Assembly (NCBI GenBank): GCA_003707115.1
Contig: PPNB01000006.1
Span: forward strand, 364,917-384,916
DNA: 20,000 nucleotides
Source of the DNA: Tortispora ganteri
Taxonomy: Eukaryota
Direction: 5' to 3'
Below are positions 12,406 to 20,000 of this stretch, piece by piece (position 1 is the stretch's first letter; every line of letters begins with the position of its first letter). The translations under genes and the position numbers were made by a program. The notes under the pieces are model-generated. The model was not told the origin of the DNA and made no database searches. It saw only the letters and a list, made by a program, of their open reading frames with translations.

Positions 12406-13383
12406 CTAAAGAATAGCCATAGCGTTAGCTAATGTCGACACGCCACCAGGACTATTGAACGGTGCACTAGTGAAAAAGAAGCTGTACTTTCCAGTCTTCT
12501 TGCATTCTTCGGCTAATGCGCGGGTATCGAGCATTTCACCAATTAGAACACCCCAGCAAGCCAATAGGTACTCATGAAGGAGGTGCTGCGAAGGATCGAG
12601 AGGAGTACGCTCGAATGACGGAGTATCAGCTCCGACAATAGATACGTACGTGTCGTGGAGGAAATCACGCAGCTCATCAGAAGGTTGTAAACCTATAGCA
12701 CTGGGCATTTCCACTCCCACTACCAAGGAAGGATCTTGTCTGTAGAGTGTTTCATACTTCTCCACCCAGCCGGCGTTGATGAGTAGGATATCGCCATAGT
12801 GGAGTTCAAGTTTTTGGCGCGCAATCATGCCTTTAAGATGTTCCAATGTAATCTCAAAAGGACTCATAGGATCATAAGTAATTGAGTTATCTTTCGCATA
12901 TGCAACGAAATCCAAAAGCACACCGCGGCCAGCTATTCCATGCTGAGCAATAGCCTGAATGCCGCAGCGCGAGGTCGTTTCTACTTCTTCGAGCTTCAAG
13001 TTATTGTAGAATATTTGTCGAGAAACATATGCGAAATGACGGAAGCCATCAAATTGGGAGCCAGATTGAGGATTCATATTGAAATGGTCATCGTAAACAG
13101 GATAAACAGGATGCTTATGGAGCGACAGTTCTAAGGGCTGTCGACCAAACGATGGAACGGCAGGTTTAGTCATATCCCAATTAAGAGGCACAGTTTTACC
13201 TGAAACAATTTCCTTAACGGCTAGTTTAACTCTTTCAGGACTCAACAAGTTAATGCGACCAATTTCGTCGTCATCACCCCAAATCCAAGCCGCTTCAGCA
13301 GGAATGTCCTTCGAAGCGTTCAGTTTTACGAGTTCAGCCAACTTAGGGAGGTTTTTATCAGTATCGAGAACAGGTTTTGACAT
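12406..13383 (-). CDS. Cyclase-family protein (kynurenine-formamidase-like fold), putative hydrolase
   Basis: 325 aa. WGDDDEIGRINLL, QSGSQFDGFRHF, GIAGRGVLLD, GDILLINAG, VGADTPSFE, LHEYLLACWGVLIGEMLD, FFFTSAP.N.PGGV..LANA: the pattern of the fungal cyclase-family subgroup. Confidence 0.85.
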   Translation of the reverse strand: MSKPVLDTDKNLPKLAELVKLNASKDIPAEAAWIWGDDDEIGRINLLSPERVKLAVKEIVSGKTVPLNWDMTKPAVPSFGRQPLELSLHKHPVYPVYDDHFNMNPQSGSQFDGFRHFAYVSRQIFYNNLKLEEVETTSRCGIQAIAQHGIAGRGVLLDFVAYAKDNSITYDPMSPFEITLEHLKGMIARQKLELHYGDILLINAGWVEKYETLYRQDPSLVVGVEMPSAIGLQPSDELRDFLHDTYVSIVGADTPSFERTPLDPSQHLLHEYLLACWGVLIGEMLDTRALAEECKKTGKYSFFFTSAPFNSPGGVSTLANAMAIL

Positions 13384-14654
13384 AGCAATTGCAAAATATA
13401 ATGCAAAAATAAAAGAATCTGGCGAAAATGAATTTCTTGAGAGCAGATACTACTAGTAAGTGCCCCCTCGAAAAGGAAAGCCGCAATAATGCGGGGTATT
13501 CACATAGGCCAACGTAAAATTCCCGAAACCTCGTGCTAGTGATTTTTGCGTGAACGAGGCGACCAATGTCATACTGATCAGTGTATTTGCAACAATTGAT
13601 GAGTTCTGATATATGGAAGAGCTAAAGCTCTATTATTAAGACCTATACGGCTATTGCGCAACAGGTAATCACATTATAGAAAATTACATACGGATTCAGT
13701 TGCGACTAGTAGCCGAGCAGGTCTCGGAGCATTGTACCGTAATAATATTGTTATGACAACAAATCTAAAAGTTAAGGATTTCAGGATTGCTCTCGCATAA
13801 GTTAGATCGTTAGATCGCATCGAGTTCTATTAACACCGATCCTCTGCTTGTTCTCTGCGCAATCTTAGCTTCTTAGCCAGCATTTGCCTAGATGCCTACG
13901 TCGTCCGGGTCTGATGATCATTTGACTGGTGATTAATGTGTAAGAGTTATTGCTATCGCTAATGTATATATCACATCTGCTTGGATCTGCACATACCGTA
14001 ACCCGAAGCGAAGTAGCTTGAGCCAACTCTTCGCCTCTTTACGTCATTAGGCTGTAGCAGCTTAATGAGACCCTAGCCACGTTAACTGGTCTATTTTCTT
14101 TTTTTTTTGCCATACTTGGATCAGATGGAAATCCAGAGTTTCGCTCACTAAAGGATTCTATCCTGATGCTCTTTCCCTAGACAAACTGGTCAATGATTTG
14201 ATGCATTTAAGTACACCGTTATGCAACTATTAGCACCATGTCTCTTTAGCGATACAGATGTTTTTTATCGCATTGTAGCACTACCACTGGCTTTGGATAA
14301 GTAGCTCAATAGAAACTTACTGTAGTACACACTTCATGCACAACGGATATCGCGCTTCCAACATATGATATGCTTATGAAACAAACCTTCTCTGTTATGT
14401 GCGCATTATTAGAATTCTATACTTATCTATATCTATATAGAACTAATTACTCAACCAACATCGAACTCAGTCAGTATTCTACACCTCCAGCATACTGCAC
14501 ACCGCAATTACTACGATGATTTTGTCAAATTATGCCTTCAATGGGTGCTCTTGTATGTCCATATATACATCACCCTCACATCAATCATATAGCATTATTT
14601 TATATAATTGACTTCATTTTCGAAGCTTTTGACAACGAGAAGTTTCTAATTGTT

Positions 14655-14664
14655 ATCACGTGAT
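14655..14664. promoter_or_regulatory. Palindromic E-box ATCACGTGAT (bHLH site; Tye7/Cbf1/SREBP-type) upstream of PGK1
   Basis: Perfect 10-bp palindrome about 105 nt upstream of the conserved PGK ATG. Tye7-type factors bind TCACGTG motifs in glycolytic promoters of yeasts. Confidence 0.55.
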
Positions 14665-14769
14665 CGGTCCACATTGATATACCTACTATTCATTAAAACC
14701 CCCCAGCGAATGTTCTTTCGCCGACTGGCATTAGACTTTTCGAAATCAATTCTTCGCTATACAAAAATT

Positions 14770-16077
14770 ATGTCTTTATCCAACAAGCTCTCCGTTTCCG
14801 ACCTCGATGTCGCTGGAAAGAAGGTTTTTATCCGTGTTGGTATGTATTTTTACTATTTTCGCCTTTCAATGGTTCAATTCGACTAACATTTCTCCTCAGA
14901 CTTCAATGTTCCTTTGGATGGTACCACCATCACCAACAACCAACGCATTGTCGCAGCCCTCCCTACTATAAAATATGTACTGGAAAAGAATGCGAAATGT
15001 GTTGTTCTTGCTTCCCATTTAGGTCGCCCCAATGGTGAAGTCAATCTAAAGTACTCTTTGAAACCTGTTGTAGCTGAGCTGTCCAACTTGCTCGGTCGCC
15101 CTGTTACTTTTCTCCCCGACTGCGTCGGTCAAGACACTGAACAGTACGTCGCTAATGCCAAAGATGGGGAAGTCATTCTTCTTGAAAACCTGCGTTTCCA
15201 CATCGAAGAAGAGGGTTCTGCCAAAGTCGATGGTCAGAAGATCAAAGCCGACCCTGCCAAGGTTGAAGCATTCCGCGCCAGCCTGACCAAGTTGGGCGAC
15301 ATCTATGTGAATGACGCTTTCGGTACCTGCCACCGTGCCCATTCTTCAATGGTCGGTGTAGAACTTCCTCTACGTGCTGCTGGCTTCCTCGTTAAAAAGG
15401 AGCTCGAGTACTTCGCCAAAGCGCTTGAAAATCCGCAGCGTCCCTTCCTTGCCATACTTGGTGGTGCAAAGGTCTCTGATAAGATTCAACTTATTGACAA
15501 TCTTATTTCTAAAGTTGATGCCTTGATTATATGTGGTGGAATGGCTTTCACCTTTAAGAAAACTCTAGAAGGCGTTAAAATTGGCAATTCGCTTTTCGAT
15601 GAAGCTGGGGCGAAAATCGTTGGTGAAATAGTTGAAAAGGCAAAGGCCAACAACGTCAAGATTGTCCTTCCCGTAGATTATGTTACTGCAGACAAATTTG
15701 ACAAGGACGCTGAGACAGGTTACACCACTGACGATGCAGGTATTCCTGATGGCTGGATGGGCCTTGATTGCGGTGCGAAGAGTGTTGAAAGCTTCAAGGA
15801 GACTATTCTTTCCGCCAAGACTATATTGTGGAATGGTCCTCCCGGTGTTTTCGAGTTTGAGAAGTTTGCTGCCGGTACAAAGGCTACTCTTGATGCTGTA
15901 GTTAAGTCCTGCGAACAAGGAGCGACGGTCATTGTTGGTGGCGGTGACACCGCCACCGTGGCTAAGAAGTACGGTGCATCTGATAAGCTTTCGCATGTGT
16001 CTACTGGTGGAGGCGCTTCCTTGGAATTGCTTGAAGGCAAAGCCCTGCCTGGTGTTGTTGCTTTAAGTGATAAATAA
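14770..16077 (+). CDS. PGK1: Phosphoglycerate kinase; exons 14770-14839 and 14900-16077 (415 aa)
   Basis: Splicing restores MSLSNKL...KKVFIRVD-FNVPL. Also [72 protein letters not shown]. Confidence 0.99.
14840..14899 (+). other. Spliceosomal intron (60 nt) in PGK1
   Basis: GTATGT donor at 14840, GACTAAC branch point at 14881-14887, CAG acceptor ending 14899. Removal joins G+AC into the conserved Asp of RVDFNVP; the unspliced frame hits a TAA. Confidence 0.97.
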
Positions 16078-16154
16078 CTGTCTAAAATCTGTTCGCTGTT
16101 GTATAATGATACAATATCTCTCTGATTAAGACTTGCGGCGCAATGTTTCTCAAC

Positions 16155-16245
16155 ATATAATAAATATCAATGTAACTTGTATTTCCGTATACGATATTAT
16201 ATATAAATTAAATATAAAATACAATGTAAATATACAAAATATTGG
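16155..16245. terminator. AT-rich shared 3'-end/polyadenylation region between convergent PGK1 and Pol X
   Basis: Very AT-rich, with AATAAA and TATATA-type elements inside the 213-nt gap between the two stop codons. Confidence 0.4.
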
Positions 16246-16290
16246 CTATCCCTTTGAACAATCAAACGCTATAGAACCCTCAATTATTTC

Positions 16291-18111
16291 TTACAGTTGA
16301 CTTCTTTCGGATGGCTCTCTGTACCTTAGGTCGAGGATTTCAAAAATTTTCTTTTCTGATTTGCTTTCAATCAAGCCATAATCCTCCTTTGAGTAGTGGT
16401 TTCTTTCTTGCCTTGAAGCATGCTTAGATGCCAAGTATTTCTTGCGGTCATAAAGACCATCAGTAGTTAGTATATACCCCATTTTTAAAGCAACCATCTT
16501 AATTGCTCGCTGAAACATTATGTTGCCAGTGTAATAAATCAAAGCTGCGCCAATATTTTCACCTGGAACACAAAGTATGTCAAGCCTGCGATCATGCTTA
16601 TATGACTTCAGTCTCACTATGCTCATGAAAGTGCCTCTGGTATGTTCTGGATCGCTTAGTATTTCAATAATGTAGCCGCTTGTATGCAATCTGGTAACCA
16701 GCTCGCTGCGAAATACTTGTAACTCCTCCAAACTCATGCCATCTTTAGTGAGTATAATGTCAATATCCCCAGAGCTAGATTCGCCTCGTCTGTAGCTGCC
16801 CATGCAAAGAACATCAATGCTAGGATCCAGCTTGGCTGCCTCATCTTTTATTAATTCGTAATGTTTTGTAACTTCTTCACGAGGTATACGCAACACCAAT
16901 TGGTCAAAATACTTGATTCCAATTTTTTGGGCAGCATTCAAGTCCGAACGTTGCTTAACATCATCAAGAGTCCGGCATCCCTCATTGTACCATTTCATTG
17001 CAACAGTAGGACCAACTCCGTGAATCTTCTGAAACAGTTCTAAAACCTCCATCTTATCTTTATCAATAATGCTCCCTATGACTTTTTCACTCTGGTGATT
17101 AACTATCTGCTCAATTTTTTCCGCAATCTTCTGTCCAATACCATCCAATTTCTTAGCTTGCTTCGCCGACGTTATAGGTACGGTCTGCGACGCCACCGAG
17201 GTTGATGCTCTATGATATGCCAAAGCTCTCCATCTGTCGTTAATAGATTGATAATACCTTTCTAGTAAGCTTAATACAACAACTGTTTCCCTATTTGCGG
17301 GATGATTGACATGGTCAGGAACGTTCTCTAATTCTAAAAAAGACTCGATCCAGACCCGGCGCTTCACATCTTTGTTCTTGTTATTTGGCTCATAAAATTC
17401 CTTATCAATGATTGACTCTGAAGAATCTGAATTGTAAACAACTTCTGAATCAGAGTCTGAATCTGATAGATACTCCTTAGCATGGCGTTGCAAGCTATCC
17501 AACCGTGAAAATTGTAGTAAGCTTTTATCGTTTTGCGAGAGATCATGTTCTCCACTATTCTGTGTATCCGAGCTGCTGGCATTTGTAGACTGCGTCTCAA
17601 CCATACTATCCATGGAATCAACTTTCCTGGCATTCTGAGTCTTATAGTGTTTCTTTTGCGATGACGAAAAGTCAGCATCGGGTTCAGATTGTTTTCGTTT
17701 CGTAGCAGGGGATGCAGTCAGAATGTCAGCAATTCGAAAATCGTTGGTATTCAACAGTTTGCCGCACGATATACACTCTGGTGGCCACGTTTCAGATATG
17801 ACAGACAAATTTCCCGGAAGTTTTTCGATGTTAAGATACTCTAGAACATCAGCAACAGTTCTTCCAGGAGCAGCAAGTACATAGTTTACTTGTTCCGAAA
17901 ATTTGTTGGTTACTTTACCACCATATTGTTGTATACGCTCTTTAAGAATACGCTTTCTTTTATCTCTGAAGGAATTCGGAACAAAGAAAAAAGTCATATG
18001 AGAAAATAATCGGTGATTATTGGAATGTACGCCATCGCAATCGATCGGTTTAGATGAGTTTATACCTAAAGTGTCTGATGGCACCGCACTATTATTTATA
18101 TCCCGACTCAT
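16291..18111 (-). CDS. POL4: Family X DNA polymerase, Pol lambda/Pol4-like (BRCT + lyase + polymerase domains)
   Basis: BRCT (LFSHMTFFF...YGG...ETWPPECI), 8-kDa lyase domain (DRWRALAY, LDGIGQKIAEKI), HhH IHGVGP, GSYRRG...GDIDI with two catalytic Asp, RRLDIL third Asp, thumb IFEILDLRYREPSER. Start uncertain: ATG at 18111 preferred, with in-frame ATGs also at 18258 and 18291. Confidence 0.93.
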   Translation of the reverse strand: MSRDINNSAVPSDTLGINSSKPIDCDGVHSNNHRLFSHMTFFFVPNSFRDKRKRILKERIQQYGGKVTNKFSEQVNYVLAAPGRTVADVLEYLNIEKLPGNLSVISETWPPECISCGKLLNTNDFRIADILTASPATKRKQSEPDADFSSSQKKHYKTQNARKVDSMDSMVETQSTNASSSDTQNSGEHDLSQNDKSLLQFSRLDSLQRHAKEYLSDSDSDSEVVYNSDSSESIIDKEFYEPNNKNKDVKRRVWIESFLELENVPDHVNHPANRETVVVLSLLERYYQSINDRWRALAYHRASTSVASQTVPITSAKQAKKLDGIGQKIAEKIEQIVNHQSEKVIGSIIDKDKMEVLELFQKIHGVGPTVAMKWYNEGCRTLDDVKQRSDLNAAQKIGIKYFDQLVLRIPREEVTKHYELIKDEAAKLDPSIDVLCMGSYRRGESSSGDIDIILTKDGMSLEELQVFRSELVTRLHTSGYIIEILSDPEHTRGTFMSIVRLKSYKHDRRLDILCVPGENIGAALIYYTGNIMFQRAIKMVALKMGYILTTDGLYDRKKYLASKHASRQERNHYSKEDYGLIESKSEKKIFEILDLRYREPSERSQL

Positions 18112-18493
18112 GATTTTTCTTCTTTTGTGATTAATTGATAAGTAATGCTCTTTCTTTATATAGGAGTGATTATAATTGATATAAAGGGAAATTCGACCAC
18201 AACCGTGTTTCAAAACTATGCCTATCGAAGAAGAAGTAGATATTAATAGTTGTCTCATATACCTTGGCTGGAATTTATTAGTGCAAATCATTATATGATG
18301 TAACTAAAATTATGTCGAGGATACCATAGGCTCTCTCATTCAAATAGAACAATGTCATGATGTAAGAGATCAACCAGCCTTTAATATTGATTCGATTTAA
18401 CAAGCCGTGATTACCGTATTCAGCAAATTGAATAAAAATCTTAAAATCACGGTTGTCAAGGGCAGAAGTTCCCAAACCGTAAATCTAGTACTA

Positions 18494-18559
18494 GTATGCT
18501 TACCCAACCTTCTTAAAACAAAGTTGAACCCGCTGATAGACTAACGTTGGCATTACTAG
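18494..18559 (+). other. Candidate spliceosomal intron (66 nt) outside any annotated ORF
   Basis: GTATGC donor at 18494, GACTAAC branch point at 18539-18545 (same heptamer as in the PGK intron), first downstream AG is TAG ending 18559. Size and spacing match the PGK intron. Confidence 0.45.
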
Positions 18560-19633
18560 TGTCAACGCTGAAGCATCAATGCTTCATTCGGCTATTAGAT
18601 ATCTCTCTTTCCAATTTTGTTTTTGTACCTCATATTCCACAAGTATTTATTGTAATATAACGAGGTCCTGCTTTTACTGAACCTGCGTTGAACCTCAAAG
18701 AGTTAATATATACTGCGTAATCATTGTAAAAACCACGGACAACAATAATTTATTATTACGTTTCATGGAATCCGCAATTCTTAATTCGAAAGGCGAATTT
18801 GTGCTATGCACCAGAACATAAAATTACTGGCGATTTGCCTGTTGCCAATAACTTGAGATTGAACGCAGATATATATTACTACCTTGTAAGTATCGTTCTA
18901 CGTGCACGACCTTAACGCACTTGTATTCATTGTGTGCTAGAAAAAGCTTATGCCGCAAAGTTACTTTGGTGAACGCGTAACATACCGCAGTTCTTCAGAA
19001 GTAGAGTCACGGGCTTCAGATATTTCTCAATTCGTTTCTCGATGGTGTGACCGCTGACCTACAATTTGTTTTCCGCTGGAAAGTAGTCTGATTCATTGCT
19101 TTTTTCGGTCAATGCAAACCTTTATTAAAAAGGCATCTATCGAAAACTATCTAACAAAGCGATTTAACATGAGATTATAGGAGACAGAAATGAAAGCTAG
19201 GCGAGACGGATTTGACATTGGCATCAAGTCAAACGCCTATGCAAACATGTCATATATATTCATCCGACTTTTACGGAATTACCAGAATATGTATAGCCTT
19301 TATTGCATAAAAAAAGCGGGTGAAACTGCACTCAATGAATACTATCGAAAACGGTTTGATGTGAAAATACAACGATGCTTATGTAAAACCCGACAAATTA
19401 ATTTTATCTCGCCGCGCATCTAGACACAAACATAATACTACTCGGCACTTACTGGCCAAAATGCACTGCTTTATCCGGAAGCTGGTTTTAACTACTGATT
19501 GCCGACATTTATATGTTTATTGACATAAACCCTACAAAATGCTTCAACATCAGTCGAACTGGACACGATGGATAGCCCGGCCAATCGCATAACCGGCTAA
19601 CCGCAAACCATGTCTTGCGATAAATAGTTGCTG

Positions 19634-19650
19634 TTTTTTTTTTTTTTTTT
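19634..19650. repeat. Poly(dT) tract (T17)
   Basis: Homopolymer run seen directly; such tracts typically exclude nucleosomes in fungal promoters. Confidence 0.85.
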
Positions 19651-20000
19651 CGATAATTGTTTCTATCTGATATGACACTCTTGAGTCTAGTATATAAACA
19701 GCTGAATACTAACATAAGAAAAGTTTCATCGGAAGTTTGGCTTGCAGGTTACGTTGAAAATGAGTCACTGTTCATCCTAAAATTTTTTCTATCTCTTCAC
19801 CATATTTCTATATACTAAAGTTCATTGTACTAGTAGGTAGAATTTCTCTCCAAAGGGTACACATATCACCTATATTCCCCAAACGTTTACGCGGTGAAAC
19901 ATAACATCGCAATTAACCCACTAGCAAGAACAGTACCTTGAGCATATAATCAAAAAAATAATCACACAAAGTAAATTACAACTAAAATAATCAGAAACTG

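Noticed and set aside
14914..14916. ORF-track start of PGK at TTG
   Set aside because: Artifact of the intron; the true N-terminus is in the upstream exon starting 14770.
15190..15192. Alternative yeast genetic code (CUG=Ser or Ala)
   Set aside because: CTG encodes the invariant Leu in PGK ENLRFH and again in GKALPG, supporting CUG=Leu.
16075..16125. Cryptic peroxisomal PGK isoform by stop-codon readthrough (known in other fungi)
   Set aside because: Reading through TAA-CTG gives LSKICSLLYNDTISL*, ending in ISL, which is not a PTS1. No clear alternative-splicing route to an SKL-like end was visible.
19540..19612. tRNA or 5S-like gene on the minus strand (GTTCGA, GGTTTGCGG)
   Set aside because: The B-box is incomplete, no cloverleaf or acceptor stem could be formed, and 5S similarity does not extend beyond a few bases.
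18300..20000. Telomerase RNA or snoRNA host
   Set aside because: No 1.5-repeat telomeric template and no paired C/D boxes with recognisable rRNA complementarity were found by eye.

Overview
Eukaryotic (fungal, ascomycete-like) genomic window, gene-dense and almost intron-free, using the standard genetic code (CTG encodes the invariant Leu of PGK ENLRFH). Ten protein-coding genes in order: a Sel1-repeat chitin-synthase-regulator-like protein with a CaaX box (+), a low-complexity putative regulator (+), a head-to-head galactofuranose pair of UDP-galactopyranose mutase (-) and UDP-Galf transporter (+), a PRKRIP1/DUF1168 splicing factor (-), a Det1-like histidine phosphatase (-), an HSL-family esterase (+), a cyclase-family hydrolase (-), phosphoglycerate kinase with one 60-nt intron (+) and a Pol lambda-like family X polymerase (-). 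Main leads: an intronless Galf module in a yeast-like compact genome; an in-frame upstream ATG giving PGK a mitochondrial-presequence-like extension; substitutions in the Pol X nucleotide-binding helix; and canonical-looking introns in the ORF-less last 1.7 kb that point to an unannotated spliced transcript. No tRNA, rRNA, CRISPR or mobile element could be supported. All homology calls come from motif recognition, not from a database search.
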